64,000 nucleotides of DNA, taken from NCBI GenBank assembly GCA_964016885.1, contig OZ024746.1, positions 62,620,001 through 62,684,000 on the forward strand, in the 5' to 3' direction. The notes under the pieces were generated by a model. The model was not told the DNA's origin and made no database searches. It worked only from the letters and a program-made list of their open reading frames with translations. The translations under genes and the position numbers were made by a program. Origin of the DNA: Eledone cirrhosa. Its lineage: Eukaryota. This document shows positions 38,136 through 52,112 of this stretch, piece by piece (the stretch's first letter is position 1; the number at the start of each line of letters is the position of its first letter).

Positions 38136-39224
38136 ATATATAGAGAGAGAGTGAGTGAGAGAGAAATGAATTAAGTAGAATTGTTGCATGCAGCGTATGG
38201 ACAACCTTCTGATGATGAGTCCAATGCCCTAACCAATAGGCCACATTACTTCACAATTGGCAGTATGGGGAGGCACGTCACTACGGGAGCTCTAAGAGAA
38301 TACTGCACAATTGATGACTGATTAACATTAAGACCTCGGCTCAAATTGTCCCATAATCAAAACAAAGTCAAGAAACACTGGTTTATTTCCAGCCACAAGT
38401 ATTGCAATGTTTTAATGGTATAGATATTCAAATATAGCGAGATCATTGACCTTAGTTGCGGATAGGTTCAATGTATAGGAACAGCAGGCAGTGAACAGGC
38501 TAAGTCATTAGAACATCAGATTGTAAAGCAACCTTTGTGCACGTGTATATGCAAGATGGTGTGTGTGTGTGTGTGTGTGTGTCTGTATGTATGTGAGATG
38601 GTGATGATGTGTGTGTGATGGTGATCCATATTCATTCCTGTACATAGCTATATTTATGTAAATGTAGCCAGAATAAGAAATACCCAGTTTTTAAGTGATT
38701 ACTTAGAAGGAAAAGCAAAACGAAATGTTGTTAAGTAAATAAATGAATGAACAGAAATAAATAAGAGGAAGAAGACAGAAAATCTATGGAGACTTGGCTA
38801 GAGATAGGAACGAGGTTTTAACACAACATGAACAACATCTACCATGTTACACTGTCACCCACACTGTCTCCTCACTACAATGGAAAAGGAATTGGAAATA
38901 TTCGTCAAAATGACAGAACACTTAACAGGTAAAGACACAAGAGAAATCAGGTAATCCTTAAAGACAGGAATACCATAATTATGATTGAGTACTACCTGCA
39001 CAGAAACAGTGTATCAATACTTAGTGAAGAGAGTGCTGGCAAGCTAGTCAGAAAAGAAGCAATAAGTTGGAGGTGGCATAAATGGATAGAGGAATGGGAA
39101 GAATGGATAACTAATGCAATGAAAGGCAATGCAATATTAATGATAACAACAATAATAGTAATAATAACAATAACAGCAACATTGAAAAGCAATGCAATAA
39201 TTGTAATAATACTAGTAATGACGA

Positions 39225-39775
39225 TAATAATAATGGTTTCTGATTTAGGCACAAGGCCAGCAATTTGGGGGAGGGGAAGCTGATTAAATCAACCCCAGTG
39301 CGTTACTGGTACTTTAATCTCATCGACCCCATAAGGATGAAAGGTAAAGTTAACCTAGGCGAGATTTGAACTCTATGATAATAATTGTTTCTAACTTTAG
39401 GCACAAGGCCAGCAATTTGAAGGGGATGGGAAAGTCGATTAAATCGACCCCAGTGCATTACTGGTGCTTTATTTTATTGACCCCACGAGCATGAAAGGCA
39501 AAATTAATCTCAGCGAGATTTGAACACAATGATAATAATGATAATAATAATAATAATGATGATTTCTAGTATAGGCACAAGGCTAGTAATTTGGGAGGAG
39601 GGGAAAGTCAAAGTTAACCTCGGCGGGATTTGAACTCAGACCATAAAGGGGCGTAACTCTATGCTGGAAAGCATGGCGTCCGACCCTCTACCGATACTGC
39701 CAATAATAATAATTGTTTCTACTTTTGGCACAAGGCCAGCAATTACCCAGTGCATTACTGGTACTTTATTTTCAA
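39225..39775 (-). mobile_element. Tandem/nested SINE A cluster
   Basis: Four GGCACAAGGC-containing tails in the same orientation. Confidence 0.85.
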
Positions 39776-39912
39776 TAATAATAATAATAATAAACAAAAA
39801 TACTAAAACTACAAGATATTTCTCCAACATAACTAAGAAGAGAAATGCTACACCCAGAACTGGAAGATGACAAATATCCACCTTTTAATAATGACAGACA
39901 CTCAAGGATTAC

Positions 39913-39926
39913 CTTTTTCTTCCTCC
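39913..39926 (-). CDS. Candidate 14-nt microexon GGAGGAAGAAAAAG
   Basis: ctgcttcttgtctttag|exon|gtaatc; TGC motif just upstream of the acceptor. Confidence 0.35.
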
Positions 39927-40136
39927 CTAAAGACAAGAAGCAGTCCTCATAGAGAGCCAGATCTATCATGTCTTACATCAATAACTTTACTCTCTCAGGC
40001 TTATAGTAAGATATATGATTTTCAACACCATACTGGTTATTTCAGAATAGGACAAGAAAAATAAAATAAAACAAAAATGCTGCACCACAAACTCATACAC
40101 TTTCTCTCTCTCTCTCATATATATAGTGTGTGTGTG

Positions 40137-40180
<44 letters not shown>

Positions 40181-40297
40181 AAAATTATGGTGTAAGCAGT
40201 ATTAAGCACTTCATGTCAGTGGTATGTATCCAGCTGTGATATGAGATTGCATATAACACGACAAAATACCATTATATAAATATGCTATGGATTGGCA

Positions 40298-40488
40298 GGC
40301 GGTGGATTGGCAGTATCGGTAGAGGGTCGGACGCCATGCTTTCCAGCATAGTTACGTCCCTTTACGATCTGAGTTCAAATCCCGCCGAGGTTGACTTTGC
40401 CTTTCATCCTTACGGGGTCGATAAAAATAAAGTACCAGTAATGCACTGGGTAATTGCTGGCCTTGTGCCAAAAGCAGAAACAATTATA
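40298..40488 (+). mobile_element. tRNA-derived SINE family A, full length
   Basis: GGCGGTGGATTGGCAGTATCGG...GAGTTCAAATCCCGCCG...AGAAACAATT. Confidence 0.9.
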
Positions 40489-40529
40489 TAAATATGCTAA
40501 GACAGGTTTGTGTAATAGTAATTACATAA

Positions 40530-40579
<50 letters not shown>

Positions 40580-41024
40580 ACTGTATCTCATCTAAGCTAT
40601 TATTTTTCTTAAACAACTGTGTTATAATTGTTTCTGTAAGTCTCTTAACTTTCATATAATAATTTCTGGCATAGGCTCAAGGCCATGAAATTTGGGTGAG
40701 TCCCAAAAGGATAAAAGCAAAGTTTACCATTCCAGGATTTGAACTCAGAATGTAAAAAGCCAGAACAAATACGGCAGTGGTATGTTATCTGATGCTCTAC
40801 AGATTCTGTCAATTCACCACCCTTATAATAATAATAATAATTTGAACAATAATCAAAATTCTCTGTTTTTGTCTCACACATATACACAAACACACACACA
40901 CACACACATACATACACATACAAACACCATAAAGACAACTGCACAAAGAAAAACACAATGTAAACTGAACCAAAGCATATTTCATTTTCTTCAAAAGAAA
41001 GATCTTGCTTAAAACAGAACTCAC

Positions 41025-41080
41025 CTCTCTTTCACGGCACATGAACTTAACAGTCTATTTTTATTTATTTTTATTTTGTT
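41025..41080 (-). CDS. Candidate 56-nt exon
   Basis: tatattttag acceptor, strong GAG|gtgagt donor; open only as NKIKINKNRLLSSCAVKE. Confidence 0.22.
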
Positions 41081-41128
41081 CTAAAATATAGATATGGCCA
41101 CCAATAACATCAGAAAGATGAATGAATT

Positions 41129-41181
<53 letters not shown>

Positions 41182-41216
41182 AAAAAAAGAAAAAAAAAAG
41201 GAAAAGAGCAATTTAC

Positions 41217-41292
41217 TTGCAACATTTCCAAGAGCACCATTTGTCATTTTCAGTGGGTTTAACTCCTCCATTAGAGGCAGCATCAGGAAAGG
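41217..41292 (-). CDS. Candidate 76-nt exon
   Basis: ttttttttctgtttcag acceptor, gtaaat donor; two open frames (FPDAASNGGVKPTENDKWCSWKCC or PFLMLPLMEELNPLKMTNGALGNVA). Confidence 0.4.
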
Positions 41293-42396
41293 CTGAAACA
41301 GAAAAAAAACTACATTGATTACATGTAGAGAGACAAGGGATTCATAGCAACAACAATAACAGCAGTAGCAGATGGAATGTTAGAATTATAGACTAAATAA
41401 CATCAGGGAATAAAATATACAAAAGTGGTTTCACATCTTACATAAAGAACTAATGTAATTCTATTGTTAAGAATGATGATGTTTTTTTTTATCAACAGAT
41501 AATACCACATCTGTACAATCCAGCAGGGTGATAAATTTCTTCCCTAAAGGCCTTGCACTTTACATTTAATACAAAACTATTACCAAACTGCATTCTGAGA
41601 GATCATTGTGTTTTAGTATTTTATACATATACCTCATACACACATAAAATATCTTAGAAGTTTAGTATAAAGTCTTCTGATGAAATGAAATTGTATGAGG
41701 GAGAGAAAGAGGATGAGGAAAACTGGCTTAAGTTAACTTTTCCTTTTCCATCTCTATTTATTTTAAGTGTATCTTTTAAGGTAGATCAATTTCATTTCAT
41801 CAAAAGATTTTCTACTAAAGATTTAAGTGTTTTTTTTTATGTGTGTGTGTGTGTGTATGTATGAATGGGTGTGTGCATATGTAAAAATTTATGTGTGTAT
41901 GCCTATACAAGTTCAGTTGCAGTGATGTCACAATGTTGCATGCCAAAAATTAAAATATATACGATAAAAAGCACCCAGTCCACTCTGTAAAATAGTAGTG
42001 CTGGTACGATAAAATGCTCCCGGTACATGCTGTAAAGTGGTTGGAGTTAGGAGAAGCATCCAACTGTACAAACCAAACCAAAATAAAATGTATCAGTATG
42101 ATATAGTCATCTTGCCAGTCTAGTTAGTGACAATTGTATATGATGATAGTTTTTGTTTTTGTAATTGTTAACGTATGTATTGAATTCATAGTCGATATAA
42201 TTGTATTGGACTGAGCTTGGAACAGCCAATTACAAAGAAGACATACTGGAACAATGAAGTTTATTAATACACATCTACAACTGTAATGTAAAGACAAGTA
42301 GTTCAATTCATCCAGCGCTTAATGAAGTACATAATTATGAAGTTACATAGGCGAAAAAGTGACAAGTACAAAGTCATATGAAAAGGTGGTGTACAA

Positions 42397-42598
42397 CAGG
42401 CATGTCAAACTGAGGGTCCCCCGGGGACCACATAGGTTACATATGTGTTGTCCGAGGGCCACACATGACAACTAATAGTACACATTACAACTAATTTTTT
42501 TTAATTTTATGTTTCGAAGATAAAACATGCTAGCGCTGTAAAAAGCTTTGTGCAGGCCGCAGGTGTGCTTGTAAAGGGCTACATGCTTGATATACCTG
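42397..42598 (+). mobile_element. hAT (Charlie-like) MITE
   Basis: TIR CAGGCATGTCAAAC; perfect 8-bp TSD GTGTACAA; second copy 45664-45836. Confidence 0.88.
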
Positions 42599-42693
42599 GT
42601 GTACAAGTTCACATGAACAACTGAGGTTTAATCCAAGGAATACAATTATCACCATTAGTATTTAATGTCTATTTTTCAGGCTTACATGAGTTA

Positions 42694-42922
42694 GACGGGT
42701 TGTCCCATTGTGAGGGTAGACAGGTTTGTCACATTGTGAGGGTAGACGGATTGTCACATTGTGAGGGTAGACAGGTTGTCACATTGTGAGGGTAGACAGG
42801 TTGTCACATTGTGAGGGTAGACAGGTTGTCACATTGTGAGGGTAGACAGGTTGTCACATTGTGAGGGTAGACAGGTTGTCACATTGTGAGGGTAGACAGG
42901 TTGTCACATTGTGAGGGTAGAC
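42694..42922. repeat. 25-bp tandem repeat (~9 copies)
   Basis: ACAGGTTGTCACATTGTGAGGGTAG units. Confidence 0.96.
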
Positions 42923-43127
42923 TGGTCAGAGCAACATGTCCTGCTTCAACATTCCATTCTGACATGGTCTCTATGATTGGATGCTCCAGGTGTCGAGGTA
43001 CTAAATCACTAAATTATTATGCTTAACTGTCTTTAAAAAAAATGTATTGAATAACATGATCCGAGACACATTGTGTCTATAAAGAAGATGGGATAAAAAG
43101 ATGGGATGGTCATAGCTGTAATGCCTT

Positions 43128-43356
43128 TTAAACCTTTAACATTTAAACTGGCCATATCTGGCCAGAATTCTCTCACCTCTTTCTTTTCGGACCGGCTGTA
43201 ACCAGCCACTCATACTGATGTTAAGGTATTGTTCTCAAAATAAGTAACATCAAAATCTTGTAGATTTGATATTATGTGAGATAATTATATGAGGTAAAGC
43301 CTTTACTGTGAAAATACAATAGTAATTATAGAGTAATGTAAATGCTAAAGGGTTAA
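43128..43356 (+). mobile_element. piggyBac-type MITE
   Basis: Homologous to 3462-3690; ends AAATGCTAAAGGGTTAA. Confidence 0.85.
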
Positions 43357-43710
43357 TTATATATCTGCTTAAACAGAGTTAATATAGAGCAACATCAACA
43401 ACAACAATTAAATGTTCTTTCTATCAAGTGTTAGATGCGCCCCAAAATACACAAAATAATCACATTGCATTATTTGAACACAAAATTTATGAAGAACTGG
43501 TAGACTACGCCAAGCTGCCTCATGCAAGATATCCATTAATAATAACTGCCATTTATCTTACAAAATTTAGTCATTTACATGCCTAATGGTGTTATCTAAT
43601 GGTGTTTGAAATATAAAAATGATTACTATATTTCAATATAAAATGCATGTTAAGAATACACACATATGTATATATATATATATACACACACATATGTATA
43701 TATATATATA

Positions 43711-43729
43711 TACATCTTACATAAAGAAG

Positions 43730-43764
<35 letters not shown>

Positions 43765-43785
43765 TATACATCTTACATAAAGAAG

Positions 43786-43826
<41 letters not shown>

Positions 43827-44083
43827 TTACATAAAGAAGTAATGTATATATATATATATATACATCTTACATAAAGAAGTAATGTATATATATATATATA
43901 TATATATATACATCTTACATAAAGAAGTAATGTATATATATCTATATATATATATATATATACATACATCTTACATAAAGAAGTAATGTATATATATATA
44001 TACATATATACATACATCTTACATAAAGAACTAATGTATATATATATATACATATATATACATACATCTTACATAAAGAACTA

Positions 44084-44086
<3 letters not shown>
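43711..44086. repeat. 23-bp unit x8 separated by variable (TA)n
   Basis: TACATCTTACATAAAGAA(G/C)TAAT. Confidence 0.93.
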
Positions 44087-44138
<52 letters not shown>

Positions 44139-44202
44139 AATATAAATTAGTGAGAATCACATTTCAGCTATTGGAAATTAGCGAAAAATATATATATATA
44201 TG

Positions 44203-44241
<39 letters not shown>

Positions 44242-44249
44242 CACACACA

Positions 44250-44309
<60 letters not shown>

Positions 44310-44489
44310 TAGATAGATATAAAAGCAATATTGATTCCTCCAACAGATATTGTACAAATGTATAAAATTGTGCATTCAAGTTTAAAGTTCTGAAAGATTT
44401 AAATAATATATTAGACACCATCTTATCTGTTCTGTGTACTTTAATATATATATATAAATACACACATGTGTACTTTAATATCATTATCA

Positions 44490-44818
44490 TTTCATTTTAC
44501 GTCCGCTTTTTCCCTGCTTGCAAGGGTGGGACGGGAACCGATTCTGGCTTGATTTCTACAGCTGGATGCCCTTCCTAACACCAACCTCATTTACAGTGAG
44601 TGCTGGGTGCTTTTTTTCCGTGGCACCTCCACGACCACTTTGCAGTGGAATGATATGGACCTCAGTCCCTATCATCTCATTTCTACAGCTGAGTAAACTG
44701 GAGCAATGTGAAATAAAGTGTCTTGCTCAAGGAAACAACACATCACCCGGTCTGAGAATTGAACTCACAACCTTTCGATTGCAAGGCCAGTGCTCTAACC
44801 ACTAAGCCATGTGCCTCC
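44490..44818 (-). mobile_element. tRNA-derived SINE family B, full length
   Basis: Reverse complement of 11759-12085. Confidence 0.9.
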
Positions 44819-45036
44819 AATATATATATATATATACACACATACATACAGGGTGTCCCAAAAAATGTATGCACATATTTATTCATTTATTGGGGACATC
44901 CTGTATATATCATCGTTATCATCATTTTTACATCTGCTCTTCCATGCTGGCAGTCGGGAAAGTGGATGTTAAATGATGAGGACGACTACACGCTACACAC
45001 AGATATCTATATATACATATCTATATATATATATAT

Positions 45037-45370
45037 ATCATCATCTCATCATCATCTTCGTTTAACGTCCATCTTCCATGCTAGCTTGGGTCTGGACGGG
45101 AATTGTCCCACTTGAGGCAAGATTGGTTGTCTTGCTCGGGACTGTCTGGCAGGTTTTCTACGGCTGGATGCCCTTCCTAACACCAACCACGTTTACAGTG
45201 TGGACTGGGAGGTTTTTACCGTGTTACCCACACGGCCACATTACAGTGTGGACTGTGTGTTTTTTTGTCGTGACACCTACACGACCTCATTTATTTAGGA
45301 CTGGATGTTGTGGTACCAACATAGCTTTACATCGAAAGGGGTGGTGTAGATGGCGGTGGGGGTGGGGGTA
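45037..45370 (-). mobile_element. RTE 3' UTR fragment
   Basis: Reverse complement of 5350-5676. Confidence 0.85.
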
Positions 45371-45663
45371 GTGTATATATATACGGTGTGTATCTTGGTT
45401 TCCATAATAGGCATACTATATCCCTGTGTGTTAAAATACAGCTAAAAGGATTTACTTCAGGAATGGTACTTGGCATGGAATACTGCCCAAGATATCTTCC
45501 TCCTCCAAGAGTTTACTGTCTATCGAATACACAGCATGGGTTATCATGCCTTCAACACACCTGAAAGTTCGCCCTAACTGTTTGTTTAGGATTTCTACAG
45601 CTAGACGCCCTTCCTATCACAAACCACTCTACACCATGTACTGGGTACGTTTATTGTCTAGAC

Positions 45664-45836
45664 CAGGCATGCCAAACTGAGGGTCCCCCAAGGGCCATAT
45701 GGGTCACATATGTGTTGTCTGAGGGCCACACATGACAACTAATTGCTCACATTACAACTAATATTTTTTATTTTATATTACGCTTGCGCTGTAAAAACCA
45801 TTGTGCAGGCCACTGGCCACATGTTTGACATTCCTG
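45664..45836 (+). mobile_element. hAT (Charlie-like) MITE
   Basis: CAGGCATGCCAAAC/GTTTGACATTCCTG; imperfect TSD GTCTAGAC/GTGTAGAT. Confidence 0.82.
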
Positions 45837-45902
45837 GTGTAGATCACCAACACTCAGGAGGACAACTGAAGCAGCCTCCCAACCTTTTATACTTACATAT
45901 AT

Positions 45903-46175
45903 ATGTGCAACAGATGGTGCAGCTGGGCATGCAACAAATGATGCAGCTGGACATGCAACAAATGCTGCACCGGGGAATGCAACAAATGCTGCACCTGGCA
46001 TACATCAACTGCTGCACCTAGGGGCATGCAACAATTGCTGCACCTGGGAATGCATAAAATGCTGCATCTGGGAATGCATCGAATGCTGCACCTGGGAATG
46101 CATCAAATGCAGCAACTGGGCATGCAACAGATGCTGCACTTGAACATGTAACGAATGCTGCAGCCAGGCATGTGA
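45903..46175. repeat. ~24-bp degenerate minisatellite
   Basis: ATGCTGCACCTGGGAATGCAACAA-like units. Confidence 0.85.
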
Positions 46176-47008
46176 CATTTCTTCATGTCCTGTCCATGAG
46201 GCATATAACGACTGTTGTTTTAACAACACGAACCTATACACAAGAGCCTAAGATAATACACAAGCTAGCCCCAACATAGTTTTTTCTTTAAATGTTTCCT
46301 TCATAAACCACACCAGAAATAAAAAGGTGATTTAGTACATGTGGCAAGAATGAAAGAAAGAAAGAAAGGGGAAATAAAAGTACATATTAAATGAGCTTCT
46401 GGGAAGACATTCAACCTCCTACCAACTCTACTACTCAGATAACATCACTACCACCAACAGCCCCCACCACCAAGAACCACCAACACCACCACCACCACCA
46501 CTAACAATAACCATCACCACTATGGTCAAAGATAAAAATAATGGAATGAAACTAAGTCCATTTTAACAGACAAGAAGCATTAATGTTAAGCTAAGTTGAT
46601 ATGTTACAGTTCTTTAATGACAGACAAGAATGCAAAAGAGGCAAGCAAGTGAGGCAGGGTAGGGGGTGGCGGTGGAGGAGTGATAAAAATACAAAAATAT
46701 AATAAAGAAGAACAAAAAAAAACCCACCATTAAAAGCAATGATAGAGTAGTAGCAAGGAAGCTAATGTCAGGGAGAAGATCTAACCACAATTGACTAGAT
46801 AAAGATCAATATAAGTAATCATAAAAAGCTGGAGAAGATATACATTAAATCGCAATACAACAATATCACAATCCCTTTATGTACAAAATCCCATGGTTTT
46901 CTGCTTAGATCTTAATTTGTACAAGGTCTTTTTGTTGTTTTGAAGGTTTTTTGTTTTGTCTCTTATAATCTTTTTTTTTTTTTTATTAATATATACATAT
47001 ACATACAT

Positions 47009-47066
<58 letters not shown>

Positions 47067-49410
47067 TAGTATAGACAAACGCTAGCTATCCGAGCAGTAA
47101 GTGCTTGGTAAGTAGAGACTGCAAGATGGCTGAGGTCATTAGTGGAAGACATTTACTTCCTATACAATACCTAATGCCATTGGAAAAGACATAAACATCA
47201 CAGAATTCCAGTTTCATGTTCCCACAAATAAAATAACCTTCAAACATATGTGACCTTTCTGCTAAATACTGATATTGGGGTTATTACAGGCCCTTAAATG
47301 TTTTTGACATGTCAACAAATGACAATTCCACTACTAAGCTGCCCAAGGGGAGATAATTCTGCAACCATACTGCCAAGGGTGGTCAATGCTACTACCATAT
47401 TGCCAAGAGCTAACAATTCTATTACAGTCTTGCTAATTCTGCTACCATACTATTAAGGAGAAATAATTCTGCAACCATCTTGCTATGTACTGCCAATTTT
47501 ACTAGCACGCTGTCAAAGGCTGCCAATTCTGCTGGCATGTTGTCAAAGGCTGCCAATTCTGCTACCATTTTGCGATGGGTTGACAATTCTGCTACCACGT
47601 TGCCAATTTCTGTATATGAAAACATATCTAGTGCTTCTAACATAATAGAAAAAGCTGAAGCTACTAATTTTAAATTAAAAACATATTTAGTTTTGCTGCA
47701 AAATATCGATATCTGGGGTTATAATAATTGTTCGGGATTTAGGTACAAAGCCAGAAATTTGACGGGAAGAAAAAGTCGACTAAATCAACTCCAGTATTTG
47801 ACTGGTACAGGCAGTAAATTGGCAAAGTCATGAGAACATTGGATAGAATACTTTATGGCATTTTTTTCAAAATCCCATCATGGTCAACTTTGCCTTTCAT
47901 TCATTCGAAGTCAATAAAAAAGTAACAGTCTCTTTCTCACTTCCTCTCTATCACTCTCTTTTCTTTCTCTAGGAGAAATCAGCTGTGTTCAGATCTAGAG
48001 AGGAGATGGACTCTGCCAGGTTTTAAAAGAGGCTAAGACACGCTGTATGTTATTGTAGTCTCCCTACCATTCCATCAGGAGTTATGGGTCTATACGTACA
48101 CATACATTTGACTAGTACTTTATTTTATCAATACCTGAAGAATGAAAGGTAAAGCTTAGCTCAGCAGGATTTAAACTCAGAACATAAAGAGTCAGAACAA
48201 ATCCCACAATTACATTATAAAGATTAAATAAGCTTTCAGTATGTAGAAATGTTACATGACGTACAAAAAAAAAAAATTAATAACTTCTATAAAAAATAAA
48301 AAGCAACATTATATAATATTTCAGCACAATTGCTTGCATGGTTGACTACATATATCTGAGTTAAAACCAGTGTTGTTGTTTGTGACTGTGGACAATGAAT
48401 TAACCCACTCTTACTTCTTCAACCTGTTAAGTTAACAAACAGGTTCTAATTTAACTGGCATAGATGAATTGTTAAAGCAGGTAGAAAGAGTATCTAGCTG
48501 TAAAGCACAATTTCTTCAACAGTGCATAAATTCGTGGAAAATTAATCTAGCCATATTAACATCCAAAATGGATAAAAACAGTAAAACTTGTTACTTTTAA
48601 ACATTGTTTTACATTCATTTTACCCTATTTACTTAAGCTGGATAATGTTTTAAACAACTAGTGTTACAGTTGACTGTCTTCTTACTGTTAACTAATAAAC
48701 TATGAGGTAAAAAAGTGGAAATTAACCTTGTTTTTGTTAGTCTAGCAAACAAACTGGAACAAAACAGACTTGTGCCATGCTCAGGGACATAACAATGACT
48801 GTGATAGTAAGATTTGAGATTATGGCAACATGGCTGGTAATCTTGAGTTCCATCATGGACAACATCATCATCATTCTCACTATTTAATGTCAGTTTTCCA
48901 AGCTTGCATGGGTTACATGGGTGAACATGTCTTGCAGATATGGATCTGTTTCTAGGCTAGGTTTCTACGGCGGAATGCCCTTCCAAACACCAACCACATT
49001 ACAGTGTGGGCTGTGTGCTTTTTATCATGGCACCAGAATGACCAACTTAACATAATTTTAATAAAACATAAAATGAATTTTTCTTTTTTTTTTTAGAGAG
49101 AGAGAGAATTTGTTTACATCAAAAAAATATAATAGATTATTAAATTTTATCAACTTTCATTACCATATTTCTAATAAAATACATAACCTATGATTTTCAA
49201 TGATTTTCAAATAATCAAGAAACTATCACGGAAGGTTTTTAGATGAATAAAGCATAATAAAATAAACAATTTTGTGTCATAAAACCAAGAGTAGTTTCGG
49301 GAAGTTTGGTACCAAAATGGTTTAAAAAAAAAACACAGTTCATCTTGTGGAACCCTAGTATTTCTGCATACAGCCCACTTACAGAAAAAACTGCAACGGG
49401 ATATTTTTCT

Positions 49411-49461
<51 letters not shown>

Positions 49462-49779
49462 TTATACAAATCACATCATGTTGACATTGTATAGTTGTCA
49501 TGCATAAGAGAAGTGTTGTTACAGATCTGCAGCTGTTATTATATAGAAAATAATACACTTCACATGCTTGAGCACAATTAATCCAATGTTGAGCTATAGA
49601 TTAATAACTCCACCACCATCGCCATCACTGGAAAGATTTTGATCTTTTTGTTTTCATAGTTGCTATTGTTGTTGTTGGTAATCAGTGTTACATTCCTAAC
49701 AGTATATAATACCTGGACATTGCTAATGTAAGAAGATAACACCTTGACACTGTTCTATTCATGCATACATGAACATGGT

Positions 49780-49811
<32 letters not shown>

Positions 49812-50603
49812 TGATCATACACACATGAACATGATCATATACACACACATACACACACATGAACATGGTCTCACACACACACACACACAAACATGGTCAC
49901 ACACACACAAACTTGATCATACACACATGAACATGATCATATACACACACATACACACACACACATGAACATGGTCACACACACACAAACTTGATCACAC
50001 ACACATGAACATGATCATATACACACACATACACACACATGAACATGGTCTCACACACACACACAAACATGCTCCCACACACACATACACAGGGCTTTAT
50101 ATACACACAAACATGGCCATACACACACACACAAACATTACCATATACACACACATAAACATGGCCATATATATATATATATATATATATTTATTAAAAT
50201 AACAGATTAAAGTTTAAGCAAAGAATCCTTATATATATATTTGATATATATTTATCCTTATCGAGCCCTCTTTGGATTTTAGTCTTCAAATTTATTATTA
50301 TTACTATATACATATATATATATACACACACACACAGGAACATGACCATATATACACTATACACACACATACTAGGCAATACACACACACACATGAACAG
50401 AGCCATATACGAGCATGGCAATATACATACACATAAACATGGCCATATATATATACACACACACGAATATGTAGCCCTATACGCACACGCACACACGAAC
50501 ACAGTCATACACACACAGGGATAGAAGGAAGATCACTCATATAAGCAAACAAGAAAAAACACACTAACAGAAGAAATACATACATGTATAGACAGAAGGA
50601 AAA

Positions 50604-50650
<47 letters not shown>

Positions 50651-52112
50651 AAGGACATGTTCTAGCAAAATAGAAATAGAAAGACGCTCATTTGCTCTAA
50701 TTAGCTAAAAGACTATCTTAAATTTAAATGTTTAGCCTTAGGCTGGCTTTGATTGAGCAAACCTATGATCAAAGGCACTCCAGACATGACCATCCCATCT
50801 TAGATGCCCATCAAAGATTAGTTCTCAACCTACTCCTGTTTGTTATGTTATAAGGTAATCTTATATGCTAATGACTTAGTTATCAGGGGAGGATGGTGCT
50901 CTGAAAACATAACCAGAATAAGAACAAGGCTGTGTGATTTAAAGAGTTTGCTTCACAACCTGTTGGTTCTGGGTTCAGTCTTGTTGTGCAGCACCTTGAC
51001 CAAGTGTCTTCTACTATAGCTGCAGGTTGACCAATGCTTTGTGAGTGGAATTTGGTAGATAGAGAGTGCAGAAGCCTATCGTACATACATACATATCTAT
51101 GGACGACGAATTTTAAGTAAAAAATTGCTAAGAGTTCCAAGTAGAAGAATGATGCAGAAGAGAAAGACCAAGGAAGACCTGAGCAGTAGTGAAAGCTGAT
51201 CTCAAGATGCTGAACCTCACAAAAATAATGACAAAGAATGTGACAAATGAAGGTAAGATAACATAACCTGGAGAGGATTCATCCAACCTATACAAGAATG
51301 GAAACATAGGTTTTTGTTTTTAGATGGTAGGATGTGATTGTTACAAAGGTTTAGCCACTATTTCTAACAAGTTGAGTAACCACAGAACCAGTATTGTTGT
51401 TAGCAGAGTAAGGTATTTTAGTCGTGGCCATCCCATCTTTTTTTTAGGCAGAGTATATAGGACTACTTTGATATGTGTCCTCATTTATATTTTTAACGAT
51501 GTAATTAAACTTCAGAATTTTTGGACTTAATTAAACAATCTCACTTTAGGTTTCTAGATTAGAATATTTATACTTTGTATTGAGTTCTTTCACATCTAAT
51601 GCATAGAAATGTATATTGCAGTATATCCTCATCATCATTGCTTTTACATTGACTTTTCAATGCTGGTATGGGTTGGATGGGATGTTTTGAGGCCATGTTT
51701 TGCAACGAGATGTCCTTCATGACCCCAAACAAACTTGTTAGTTTCTTCATCGACACACACAGATACAGTGCACCTAATCTAAACCGGAAACACGGTTCTA
51801 TATGATATTAATCTGCAAATGTGTAAGGGTGTATAATTAGATAAAATTATGTGAAAGTATGTGGTTAAGATGTTATTGCGATGATTGTAAGTTCAATCCA
51901 TGAACCAGGCAGTGTATTGTGTCCTTAGGAATGGGAACTTAGTTTTACGTTGTACCAATTCCTTCAGCTGAAAATGAGTACCAGTAGCAACAGCTCATTA
52001 TGACAGATTGGTATTCCATCTTGTACTCTTAGTTGCTTAACACTAAATGAAAACCAGATAAACACTGGACTGATGGACCTTTAGTCAGGAGAAAAACTTC
52101 AACTTTAACTAA

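Noticed and set aside
42694-42922. 25-bp repeats with an internal palindrome as a CRISPR array
   Set aside because: Units are contiguous with no spacers; ordinary minisatellite.
43711-44086. CRISPR-like repeat-spacer pattern
   Set aside because: Spacers are (TA)n rather than unique, the context is eukaryotic, and there are no cas genes.
49270-49350. GAAACTACTC minus-strand motif near (TA)n as a hammerhead remnant
   Set aside because: No recognisable CTGANGA core or stem II.
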